Below, piece after piece: positions 9,041 to 16,925 of a stretch of 64,000 nt of DNA. Below the pieces are notes generated by a model. It searched no databases. It saw only the letters and a program-made list of their open reading frames with translations, and was not told the DNA's origin. The stretch's first letter is position 1; every line of letters starts with the position of its first letter. The DNA comes from Shinella sp. (GTDB taxonomy: Bacteria > Pseudomonadota > Alphaproteobacteria > Rhizobiales > Rhizobiaceae): assembly GCA_052438035.1 (NCBI GenBank), contig JBQVPF010000013.1, positions 28,532 through 92,531 on the forward strand. Reading direction: 5' to 3'. Position numbers and translations under genes: made by a program.

Positions 9041-9736
9041 ATGTCTCGCTCCCAACGCCTGTTCGATCTGCTGCAAGCCTTGCGTCGCCATCGCCGGCCC
9101 GTGAGCGGCAGGGTACTGGCGGAAGAGACCGGCGTGAGTTTGCGCACGCTTTACCGCGACATTGCCAGCCTTCAGGCGCAGGGCGCTGATATCGAAGGCG
9201 AACCGGGTCTGGGATATGTCCTAAAACCGGGATTTCTGTTGCCGCCATTGATGTTCACGCCGGAAGAGATCGAGGCGCTGGTTCTTGGCGCGCGCTGGGT
9301 TGCGCAGCGCGGCGACAGCCACCTGCAGGGTGCCGCCCGCAACGCCCTTGCCCGCATTTCCGCCGTCCTGCCACCGGAACTGCGCACCGAACTGGAAACG
9401 TCGCCCCTGCTCGTAGGTCCCGGCGACGCGTTTCCGGTCGGCGGTATTGATCTTTCCATTCTGCGGGGTGCTATCCGCGCAGAACGCAAAGTTTCGCTCA
9501 CCTATCACACTGGCGGAGGAGAGGCCTCGGCGCGCGTCGTGTGGCCCTTTGCACTGTCCTTTTTCGATCATGCCCGGGTCGTCATTGCCTGGTGCGAATT
9601 GCGAAACGGATTTCGTCACTTTCGCACCGACCGTATCGAGACGGCCGACGTGCTGGAAAGCCGATATCCAAAACGGCGGCAGGCGCTGCTGCGCGCCTGG
9701 CGGGACGCGGAGGGCGTTCCCACCAGTGACGTATGA
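9041..9736 (+). CDS. YafY-family transcriptional regulator (HTH + WYL domain)
   Basis: N-terminus MSRSQRLFDLLQALRRHRRPVSGRVLAEETGVSLRTLYRDIASLQAQGADIEGEPGLGY is the classic YafY HTH. A WYL-type C-terminal half is present (YHTGGGEASARVVWPFAL). Confidence 0.85.
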   Translation: MSRSQRLFDLLQALRRHRRPVSGRVLAEETGVSLRTLYRDIASLQAQGADIEGEPGLGYVLKPGFLLPPLMFTPEEIEALVLGARWVAQRGDSHLQGAARNALARISAVLPPELRTELETSPLLVGPGDAFPVGGIDLSILRGAIRAERKVSLTYHTGGGEASARVVWPFALSFFDHARVVIAWCELRNGFRHFRTDRIETADVLESRYPKRRQALLRAWRDAEGVPTSDV

Positions 9737-9800
9737 TGCTGCCAAAAACTGACAGCATGAACGGTTAGAACCACCCTGTCTTCAAACACAGGAGGTTTTC

Positions 9801-10175
9801 ATGACCGGCAATAACAGCATTCTTCTCTACGTGGCGGACGCCGAGGCAAGCGCCCGTTACTTCACCCGTCTGCTTGGCCTGGAGCCTGTGGAGGCGAGCC
9901 CGACCTTTACGATGTTCCGGCTTCCCTCGGGGCTCGGACTTGGTCTCTGGCGCCGGGACGGTGTGGAACCGGCGCCCATTTCAGCAGGCGGTGGCTGCGA
10001 AATTGCCTTCCGGGTGGCCGATGCGGCCGCGGTCGATACGCACTACCGGGATTGGTCCGGCAAAGGGGCCGACATCCTCATGCCGCCGACGGATATGGAG
10101 TTCGGCCGCAGCTTCGTCGCGACGGATCACGACGGCCATCGGCTGCGTGTCTATGCCGTCACGGATGGAGGCTGA
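9801..10175 (+). CDS. VOC (glyoxalase/bleomycin-resistance) family protein
   Basis: 124 aa. ILLYVADAEASARYFTRLLGLEP...DHDGHRLRVY is typical of small VOC proteins. RBS AGGAGG lies upstream of ATG 9801. Confidence 0.8.
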   Translation: MTGNNSILLYVADAEASARYFTRLLGLEPVEASPTFTMFRLPSGLGLGLWRRDGVEPAPISAGGGCEIAFRVADAAAVDTHYRDWSGKGADILMPPTDMEFGRSFVATDHDGHRLRVYAVTDGG

Positions 10176-10301
10176 TCGTCTTCGCCTCCGGCTCGTCCGT
10201 ATTGGACGCTTTGACTGGATCATGCAATGCAGCCTTGCCCGCTTGCGGAAATACCCGATAATTGCTTTGGTTCGCTGAAGATAGTTCGGGATAATCGATC
10301 A

Positions 10302-11219
10302 ATGCTGCTTGAAAACCTCTCGCTCTTCCTGCGAATCGTGGAAAAGGGCGGGCTAGCCGTGGCGGCGCGCGAGGTTGGACTTTCGCCCGCCACCGTTTCC
10401 GAACGGCTGGCCGCGCTGGAGGCCTACTACGGCGCGGCGCTGCTGACCCGCACCACGCGCGCCATCAGCCTGACCGACGAGGGGCGGGTGCTCGTCGAAG
10501 GCGCGCGGCGCCTGTTGGCGGAGGCGGAGGAGATGGAAAGTCGCGTGCGGCACGGGGCGAATGTCATTTCCGGGCCGATCCGGCTGAGCGCGCCGGAAGA
10601 CCTTGGCCGGCGCCTGCTCGTTCCGGTGATCGATACCTTCCTGGAGGAGCATCCCGCCGTCACGGTCGATATCAACCTCACGGACGGGAATGTCGACCTC
10701 GTCGGGCAGGGCATGGATTTCGCGATCCGGCACGGCGTTCTGGCGGATAGCAGCCTGCGGGCAAAGCCGCTGGGCGAGAACCGCCGCATCGTCTGTGCGT
10801 CACCCGCTTATCTCGACGCCAACGGCGTGCCCCAGCATCCGGACGACCTGGCGCGGCACGACTGTATCGTCATGCGCTTCGGGCAGAATATCGATCGTGA
10901 ATGGTCCTTCGTCATCGATGGCGCGGTACGCAAGGTCGCCGTGCGTGGCCGGCGCGTGGCGAATGACGGGGGGCTTGTGCGGCACTGGTGCCGCGAGGGC
11001 CGCGGCATCGCGCTCAAATCGATCCGCGACGTGGATGCGGACCTGGCGTCCGGTGCGCTGGTCGAACTGCTCAAGGATTTTTCCGCCGGCAGCACGGCAC
11101 TGCAGATCGTCTATCCACCGAGCGCGGTGCAGCCGCGGCGGGTGCGGCTGTTGATCGATCGCATCGCCGCGGCGCTGTCTCCAGGCCGCGGCGTGGTGTT
11201 CGGTCAGGGCGATACCTGA
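10302..11219 (+). CDS. LysR-family transcriptional regulator
   Basis: HTH region LSLFLRIVEKGGLAVAAREVGLSPATVSERLAALE plus a LysR substrate-binding domain. The start is taken at ATG 10302 inside the longer ORF. Confidence 0.9.
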   Translation: MLLENLSLFLRIVEKGGLAVAAREVGLSPATVSERLAALEAYYGAALLTRTTRAISLTDEGRVLVEGARRLLAEAEEMESRVRHGANVISGPIRLSAPEDLGRRLLVPVIDTFLEEHPAVTVDINLTDGNVDLVGQGMDFAIRHGVLADSSLRAKPLGENRRIVCASPAYLDANGVPQHPDDLARHDCIVMRFGQNIDREWSFVIDGAVRKVAVRGRRVANDGGLVRHWCREGRGIALKSIRDVDADLASGALVELLKDFSAGSTALQIVYPPSAVQPRRVRLLIDRIAAALSPGRGVVFGQGDT

Positions 11220-11229
11220 TCCAGGTAGA

Positions 11230-11511
11230 TCAGGCGCAGCGTTCTTCGAGCAGATCGTCGATCGTGGCGGCGAACGCCTGGAAATACGGCGCGGCAATAT
11301 GCTCGTCGAGCGCGGCCTGGTTGGTAAAGGCCTCGCGCATGTAGAAGGTGCCAGGGTCGTCGCGAAGCTCAAACAGCACATAGTCGAGATTGCCGGCCTC
11401 CGCCCGCGTTGGTTCGATGAGAGCGAGCAGCCCTTGCCGCAGCGCTTCCCGCTTGCCGGGCCTCGCCTTCAAGACCGCAAGGGCGATGAGCTTTTCGGTC
11501 GATATCGTCAT
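11230..11511 (-). CDS. Antibiotic-biosynthesis-monooxygenase (ABM) domain protein
   Basis: 93 aa. LKARPGKREALRQGLLALIEPTRAEAGNLDYVLFELRDDPGTFYMREAFTNQAALDEHIAAPYF is a typical ABM fold sequence. RBS GGAGA precedes ATG 11511. Confidence 0.8.
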   Translation of the reverse strand: MTISTEKLIALAVLKARPGKREALRQGLLALIEPTRAEAGNLDYVLFELRDDPGTFYMREAFTNQAALDEHIAAPYFQAFAATIDDLLEERCA

Positions 11512-11530
11512 GTTGTCTCCCGTCGTGTGC

Positions 11531-12544
11531 TCAGAAGCCGGCGAGCACGATCTTGCCCTTGGCCCTGCCGGACTCGATGAGGGCATGGGCGCGCTTGAGG
11601 TTTGCCGCATTGATGGCGCCAAAATTCTCGTTGAGCGTTGACTTGATCTTGCCGGCATCGACTAGGTCGCTGATGCGGTTCAGCAGGTCGTGCTGCTTCT
11701 CGATATCGGCGGTGGCAAAGAGCGAGCGGGTGAACATCAGTTCCCAATGCAGCGAGATCGATTTGCGCTTCAGCGGTAGCGCGTTCAACTCCTTCGGGTC
11801 GTCGATCAGGCCGAACCGGCCCTGCGGCGCGATCAGTTCGACGATCTCGCCGAGATGGTCTCCAGTATTGGTGGTGGAGAAAACGAAGGCTGGCTCGCCG
11901 AGACCGAGCGCCTCGACCTGTGCGGCCAGCGGCTTGCGATGATCGATCACATGGTGCGCGCCGAGCGCCTTCACCCAATCCTGCGTCTCCGGCCGGGAGG
12001 CCGTGGCGATGACCGTCAGGTCCGTCAGCGCCCGGGCGATCTGGATCGCGATCGAGCCGACGCCTCCAGCGCCGCCGATGATGACGATGGCGTTTGCGGC
12101 GCCGGGCACAGGCCGGGTGACGTCCAGCCGGTCGAACAGCATTTCCCAGGCGGTGATCGAGGTCAGCGGCAGGGCAGCGGCAGCCGGGAAATCGAGGGTT
12201 TCCGGCTTTTTCCCGACGATGCGCTCATTGACGAGATGGAATTCGGCATTGGTACCCGAGCGATTGATCGCGCCGGCATAGAAGACTGCGTCACCCGGCT
12301 TGAACAATGTCGCCTCCGGCCCGACCGCGGTGACCACACCGGCGGCATCCCAGCCGAGGACCTTCCATTCCCCATCCGCAGGCTTTGCCGAGGCACGGAT
12401 CTTGGTGTCGACCGGGTTGACCGAAACGGCCTTCACGGCGACGAGGATGTCGCGCCCGGCCGGCTCCGGCCTCGGCAGATCGAAATCGACGAGGGCGGTT
12501 GCGGCGTCGATGGGTTGCGGGTTCTGGTAGCCGATGGCTCGCAT
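11531..12544 (-). CDS. Zinc-binding alcohol dehydrogenase / quinone oxidoreductase (MDR) family protein
   Basis: 337 aa. ILVAVKAVSVNPVDTKIR and the nucleotide-binding IIGGAGGVGSIAIQIA motif are typical of the MDR family. Confidence 0.85.
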   Translation of the reverse strand: MRAIGYQNPQPIDAATALVDFDLPRPEPAGRDILVAVKAVSVNPVDTKIRASAKPADGEWKVLGWDAAGVVTAVGPEATLFKPGDAVFYAGAINRSGTNAEFHLVNERIVGKKPETLDFPAAAALPLTSITAWEMLFDRLDVTRPVPGAANAIVIIGGAGGVGSIAIQIARALTDLTVIATASRPETQDWVKALGAHHVIDHRKPLAAQVEALGLGEPAFVFSTTNTGDHLGEIVELIAPQGRFGLIDDPKELNALPLKRKSISLHWELMFTRSLFATADIEKQHDLLNRISDLVDAGKIKSTLNENFGAINAANLKRAHALIESGRAKGKIVLAGF

Positions 12545-12576
12545 GGTGAAGCTCCTGATTGGCGTTTAAAAAAGGG

Positions 12577-12669
12577 TCAGATGGCGCGGGCGCGGCCTTC
12601 GATGTCGACGACGCTACCGTTCATGAAGGGAATGTCGCGTGATTTCATCGTGGCATTGTCGAGTTGCAT
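12577..12669 (-). pseudogene. 30-codon mini-ORF resembling the C-terminal tail of an SDR (possible gene relic or leader peptide)
   Basis: MQLDNATMKSRDIPFMNGSVVDIEGRARAI resembles the usual SDR C-terminus (..ITG..VVDGG..). It has its own RBS (AGAGGGAG) and ends 32 nt before the MDR gene start. Confidence 0.25.
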
Positions 12670-12856
12670 GTTTGGCTCCCTCTTGGCTTGGCAATACACT
12701 TTGCGCGCAGCGCGTATAATTCGGCGCGAAACAAAATCATAATTCGGTTTTTCCGTTGATTGTCCGCGAGCCGGACCTCGGATGCTCCAAGCTTAGCGTA
12801 TCCGAAACCATCGAGCGATGGTGCCGCCGCAAGACTTGAAACGAAAACTCACATAT

Positions 12857-12879
12857 GAAATGATAATTCAAATAAGAAT
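12857..12879. promoter_or_regulatory. Operator-like AT-rich motif, site 1 (putative IclR box) upstream of the CoA-transferase gene
   Basis: GAAATGATAATTCAAATAAGAAT. It contains the ATTC-N6-GAAT dyad and shares ATTCAAATA[A/C]GAAT (13/14) with site 2. It lies 42 nt upstream of ATG 12921. Confidence 0.5.
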
Positions 12880-12920
12880 GAAATCATGATCGGCTGTCAT
12901 CACGGCTGGAGGATATGTGA

Positions 12921-14078
12921 ATGCAGGATGATATCGGGCTGCTGGCCGGCCTGACCGTGCTCGATATGAGCCAGTTTCTCTCCGGTCCCTATTGTTCGCT
13001 GCGGCTGCTCGATCTGGGTGCGCGGGTCATCAAGATCGAGCGCCCGGATGGCGGCGATCTTTCGCGCCGGCTCTATCTCAGCGACACGGAGGTCGGTGGC
13101 GACTCGACGCTGTTCCATGCCATCAACCGCGGCAAGGAAAGCCTCGGCGTCGACCTCAAGAATGCGGACGATCTCGCCTTTCTGCGCTCGCTCATTGCGA
13201 AGGCCGATGTGCTGATCCAGAATTTCCGGCCGGGTGTCATAGAGCGCCTTGGTCTCGATTACGAGGCGGTGAAGGCGATCAACCCTTCCATTGTCTATGC
13301 CTCGATCAGCGGCTACGGCGAGGATGGCCCCTGGGTGATGCGGCCGGGACAGGATCTGCTGGCGCAGGCGCGGTCCGGCCTGATGTGGCTGAACGGCGAT
13401 GAAGAGCAGGGGCCGGTGCCCTTCGGCCTTGCTGTTGCCGACATGCTGGCCGGGGCCAATGCCTGCCAGGGCATTCTGGCGGCTCTCGTGCGTCGCGGCA
13501 TTTCCGGCAGGGGGGCGTTTATCCAGACGAGCCTGCTCGAAAGCCTGGTCGATTTCCAGTTCGAGGTACTAACCACCCATTTGAATGATGGCGGTCGCCG
13601 GCCGAAGCGGGCCGGTTTCCGCAGCGCGCATGCCTATCTCTCCGCGCCCTACGGTGTCTATCCGGCGAAGGATGGCTACCTGGCGATCGCCATGACGCCG
13701 ATCGGGCGCTTGCAGGATCTGTTGCAGATCGAGGCGCTTGCCCCCTTCCGCGATGACAGCAAGACGTGGTTCACGGCGCGCGACGCCATCAAGCAGATCA
13801 TCGCCGAACGTATCGCGACGGAAACGGTAGACCACTGGCTGTCCATCCTCGAACCCGCCGATATCTGGTGCTCCAAAGTGCTGGAATGGCCGGAACTGCT
13901 TTCGAGCGACGGTTTTCGCATCCTCGACATGTTGCAGACGGTAACGCGCGAGGACGACGTGTCGATCGGCACGACCCGCTGCCCGGTTCGCGTTGATGGT
14001 CGCCGACCCTCCGGTGGCCGCGCTGCGCCGCGGATCGGCGAGCACACCGATCGCATCCGGGCGGAGTTCGCCCGATGA
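12921..14078 (+). CDS. Family III CoA-transferase (CaiB/BaiF family)
   Basis: LAGLTVLDMSQFLSGPYCSLRLLDLGARVIKIERPDGGD is the canonical family III N-terminus. RBS GGAGG lies 8 nt upstream of ATG 12921. Confidence 0.9.
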   Translation: MQDDIGLLAGLTVLDMSQFLSGPYCSLRLLDLGARVIKIERPDGGDLSRRLYLSDTEVGGDSTLFHAINRGKESLGVDLKNADDLAFLRSLIAKADVLIQNFRPGVIERLGLDYEAVKAINPSIVYASISGYGEDGPWVMRPGQDLLAQARSGLMWLNGDEEQGPVPFGLAVADMLAGANACQGILAALVRRGISGRGAFIQTSLLESLVDFQFEVLTTHLNDGGRRPKRAGFRSAHAYLSAPYGVYPAKDGYLAIAMTPIGRLQDLLQIEALAPFRDDSKTWFTARDAIKQIIAERIATETVDHWLSILEPADIWCSKVLEWPELLSSDGFRILDMLQTVTREDDVSIGTTRCPVRVDGRRPSGGRAAPRIGEHTDRIRAEFAR

Positions 14079-15211
14079 GCACGGTTACCCTCAAGGGCAT
14101 GACCTGGAGCCATCCGCGGGGTTACGACCCGATGGTGGCCTGCTCGGACGATTGGTTGCAGAAGACGGGCGTTGTCGTCGAATGGGACAAACGTTCGCTT
14201 CAGGATTTCGAGAGCTTTCCTGTCGAGGAGCTTGCGCGCCGTTACGATCTCATCGTGATCGACCACCCGCATGTCGGCCAGATCACTGCGGAGAACTGCC
14301 TTGCTCCGCTGGACGTGCCAGGCCACGAAGCCGCGTTCGCGGCGCTGGCGAAGGGATCGGTCGGGGCATCGTTTCCAAGCTATCATTGGCAGGGCCATCA
14401 GTGGGCTTTCCCGATCGATGCCGCCACGCAAGTGCTCGCCTTTCGGCCGGATCGATTGGGCGTGGCGCCGACGGCATGGGCAGACGTTGTCGACCTCGCG
14501 CGGGGCGGGGAGGTCTTGCTTCCGCTGCGGCCGCCGCATTCGTTGATGTGCCTGTTCACGCTGTGCGGCAATCTTGGTCGGCCCTGTTCGGTGGAAAGAG
14601 ACCATCCCTTCATCGACGCGGAAATCGGCGTGCAAGCGATCGAGATGATCCGGGAACTGGCAGCGCTCACCGATCCCGCCTGTACCGGCATGGACCCGAT
14701 CGCCGTGCTGGACCGCATGGGCGAGGAGGGGTCGCGCGACAGCCTCGCGCCGCTGATCTACGGCTATGTCAGCTATTCACTGAAAGGCTTTCGGGCGAAC
14801 CGCATCGCCTTCGCCGACATGCCGGTTGCCGGCACCAGCGGACCCAGAGGGTCAGCGCTAGGGGGCACGGGCATTGCCGTTTCAGCTTTTTCTGCGAACC
14901 GTGAGGCGGCTATCGACTTTGCCTATTGGATTGCCGGTGGCGCGGTACAGGCGGATCGCTACTGGCGATCCGGTGGCCAGCCCGGCCATGCAGCGGGTTG
15001 GGAGGATGACGCAGTCAACGCCGCGACGCTCGGCTTCTACCGCAGTACGCGTCGAACACTGGAGGGTGCCTGGCTGCGGCCACGGCACGATGGCTATATG
15101 CCGTTTCAGGAGGCCGCATCCCAGCGCATCAACCAGGCCGTGACGAGCCGGGAACCGGCTGCGAAGGTCGTCGGTGATCTCAACGATCTCTTCGCGAGCA
15201 GTTTTCGATAG
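14075..15211 (+). CDS. Solute-binding-protein-fold protein without signal peptide (cytoplasmic SBP-like)
   Basis: 378 aa with type-1 SBP-like segments (GGTGIAVSAFSANREAAIDFAYWIAG). The N-terminus MSTVTLKGMTWSHPRGYD has no hydrophobic signal or lipobox. ATGA overlap with the CoA-transferase stop. Confidence 0.65.
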   Translation: MSTVTLKGMTWSHPRGYDPMVACSDDWLQKTGVVVEWDKRSLQDFESFPVEELARRYDLIVIDHPHVGQITAENCLAPLDVPGHEAAFAALAKGSVGASFPSYHWQGHQWAFPIDAATQVLAFRPDRLGVAPTAWADVVDLARGGEVLLPLRPPHSLMCLFTLCGNLGRPCSVERDHPFIDAEIGVQAIEMIRELAALTDPACTGMDPIAVLDRMGEEGSRDSLAPLIYGYVSYSLKGFRANRIAFADMPVAGTSGPRGSALGGTGIAVSAFSANREAAIDFAYWIAGGAVQADRYWRSGGQPGHAAGWEDDAVNAATLGFYRSTRRTLEGAWLRPRHDGYMPFQEAASQRINQAVTSREPAAKVVGDLNDLFASSFR

Positions 15212-15266
15212 GGAAGGGTGCCATTGGCGAGCCTCCCGGGGTTTTCGCCAGCCTTGCTCCATCCAC

Positions 15267-15346
15267 GACGTCATCCTCGGCCTTGAGCCGAGGATCCATA
15301 TATCTCAGCGGCCTATGGATGGTCGGGTAAGGCCCGAGCATGACGG
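15267..15346. repeat. REP/MITE-like palindromic intergenic element between convergent genes
   Basis: Palindrome ATCCTCGGC-CTTGA-GCCGAGGAT (15273-15295). The outer arms GACGTCATCCTCGGCC (15267-15282) and GGCCCGAGCATGACGG (15331-15346) are imperfect inverted repeats. Probably also acts as a bidirectional terminator. Confidence 0.5.
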
Positions 15347-15393
15347 TGGAGAGATTTGAATGAGGTTGCCAACACCTTGGGCACATTCACCCG

Positions 15394-15921
15394 TCATGCC
15401 ACTGGCTTGCCGCCCCGGTATTTTACGGTCTGGATGTGCTCGCAATAGAGCACCAACTCGCCTTCGCCCTTGAAGACTTCATAGGATGCGCGGATGAGGC
15501 CGAGGTCGTCGTACTTCGGTTGTTTGTCGAGATTGGTGCGGATCGTGTAGATCGTATCGCCAATGAAGACGGGCTTGATGAAGCGCAGGCGGTCGTAGCC
15601 GTAGGAGAAGGCGTTGACGCAATTGGTCGCCACCAGCCCGAGCCCTGCCGAAAACACGAAGGCGCCAGCCACGAGGCGGCGGCCGAACAGGCCTTCCGTC
15701 TCGGCGAAGATCTGGTCGCCGACATAGGGGTGCATGTCGAGCACAAGCGCGTTGAACTGCATCGATTCGCCTTCCGAGATGGTGCGGCGCAGCGAGCGGA
15801 TTTTGTGGCCGATCTCGAAATCCTCGTAGAACCAGTTTTCCGCGTTCCAGACCGGCAGCGCCGCATGGGCCTCCGGCATGGTCTTCGGGTGGGTGCTCTC
15901 GATTCCAACTGTCGACGTCAT
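15394..15921 (-). CDS. MaoC-like (R)-hydratase/dehydratase hotdog protein, paralog A
   Basis: 175 aa. [23 protein letters not shown] hotdog core. RBS GAGGAGG precedes ATG 15921; the ORF-track start at 15954 is less likely. Confidence 0.8.
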   Translation of the reverse strand: MTSTVGIESTHPKTMPEAHAALPVWNAENWFYEDFEIGHKIRSLRRTISEGESMQFNALVLDMHPYVGDQIFAETEGLFGRRLVAGAFVFSAGLGLVATNCVNAFSYGYDRLRFIKPVFIGDTIYTIRTNLDKQPKYDDLGLIRASYEVFKGEGELVLYCEHIQTVKYRGGKPVA

Positions 15922-15958
15922 GCGGGCCTCCTCTAAATGGGAAGAAGCTGCCACATAG

Positions 15959-15981
15959 GAATGGATTATTCAAATACGAAT
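15959..15981. promoter_or_regulatory. Operator-like motif, site 2 (putative IclR box) upstream of MaoC paralog A
   Basis: GAATGGATTATTCAAATACGAAT with the dyad ATTC-AAATAC-GAAT. It abuts the iclR stop codon and lies 38 nt upstream of the MaoC start. Confidence 0.5.
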
Positions 15982-16767
15982 TTATGTTTCGGCAGTGAAG
16001 CCGGCGCCTGCCATCTCGGAAAGCTTGCTGGTCGTCTCGCTGATTAGCTGGATCGTCGTGGAAATGTCGGGGGCGGGCGTGTTGATCAGCGTGATATAGG
16101 GCACGGTGAGTGCGGCGATCGCGGTGCCGTCGGCGCCGAGTACCGGGGCGGAAAGGTTGATGACGCCCGCAGTCTGCGCGCTCGGCATCATCTCATAGCC
16201 GCGCGTGCGGATGAGGTCGAGACGTGCCAGGAATTCCGGCGTCACGCGACCGTCCGTGCCGCCGTCACCGACATGCTCGGCAATCATGCGCTCGCGCTCC
16301 TCCGTCGAGCGGAAGGCGAGCAGAACATGGCCGGAGCCTGTGTCGAACAGACCGATGCGCGAGCCGACGCGGATGGAAATACCCCAGTAACCGGGCGCTT
16401 CCTGCTGGGCGATGACCACCGGATTGCCGCGGTCGAAGACAACAAGCTGATTGGCCTGGCGCGAGGCTTCCGCAAGCTCGCGCATCAGCGGTACGGCGAA
16501 GGAAACAAGGCGGCGCACCGGCGCGTGGAGCTGTGCCAAACCGAAGAGTTTCAAGGTCAAAGAGAAGCGGTCGCCATCGATGCGCGTGACGTAGCCGCGC
16601 TTCACCAGCCGGTCGAGCATGCGGTAGAATTCGTTCGGACTGCGATCGAGCCGCTTGGCGATTTCCGCCTGGGTCAGCCCGCCATCGACGGCCGCCAGAA
16701 GCTCCAGAATGTCGAGACCCTTGTCGAGCGCCGGCGCCCGGTAGCGATCGTTTTCCTCTTCCGACAC
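15982..16767 (-). CDS. IclR-family transcriptional regulator
   Basis: 261 aa. N-terminal wHTH (ALDKGLDILELLAAVDGGLTQAEIAKRLDRSPNEFYRMLDRLVKRGYV) plus an IclR effector domain. Confidence 0.9.
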   Translation of the reverse strand: MSEEENDRYRAPALDKGLDILELLAAVDGGLTQAEIAKRLDRSPNEFYRMLDRLVKRGYVTRIDGDRFSLTLKLFGLAQLHAPVRRLVSFAVPLMRELAEASRQANQLVVFDRGNPVVIAQQEAPGYWGISIRVGSRIGLFDTGSGHVLLAFRSTEERERMIAEHVGDGGTDGRVTPEFLARLDLIRTRGYEMMPSAQTAGVINLSAPVLGADGTAIAALTVPYITLINTPAPDISTTIQLISETTSKLSEMAGAGFTAET

Positions 16768-16782
16768 CTGAAATCCTCCAGT

Positions 16783-16806
16783 GAATGAGTAAATTCATAT
16801 ACGCAG
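16783..16806. promoter_or_regulatory. Operator-like motif, site 3 (putative IclR box), iclR/ABC divergent region
   Basis: GAATGAGTAAATTCATATACGCAG. It includes the palindrome TGAAT-GAGTAA-ATTCA and lies 16 nt upstream of the iclR start. Confidence 0.45.
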
Positions 16807-16851
16807 AAATAAGGCGTGGCAATGCGGCAAACCGGTTTTCTGCTTGACGAA

Positions 16852-16878
16852 GAATGAATAAATGGTTTGTATATGAAT
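16852..16878. promoter_or_regulatory. Operator-like motif, site 4 (putative IclR box) upstream of the sugar ABC operon
   Basis: GAATGAATAAATGGTTTGTATATGAAT. The first 12 nt match site 3 at 11/12. The reverse complement contains ATTCATATAC as in site 3. A CTTGAC -35-like hexamer sits at 16843-16848. Confidence 0.45.
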
Positions 16879-16925
16879 GAAGCTCTTATTGGTGAGGGCT
16901 GGCGAAAGCCACATGGGAGGAGAAC

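Noticed and set aside
9736-9800. Imperfect palindrome TGCTGCC-AAAAACT-GACAGCA between yafY and the VOC gene, considered as a terminator or YafY operator.
   Set aside because: The stem is short and imperfect with no U-tract. There is only a single occurrence, so no support beyond position.
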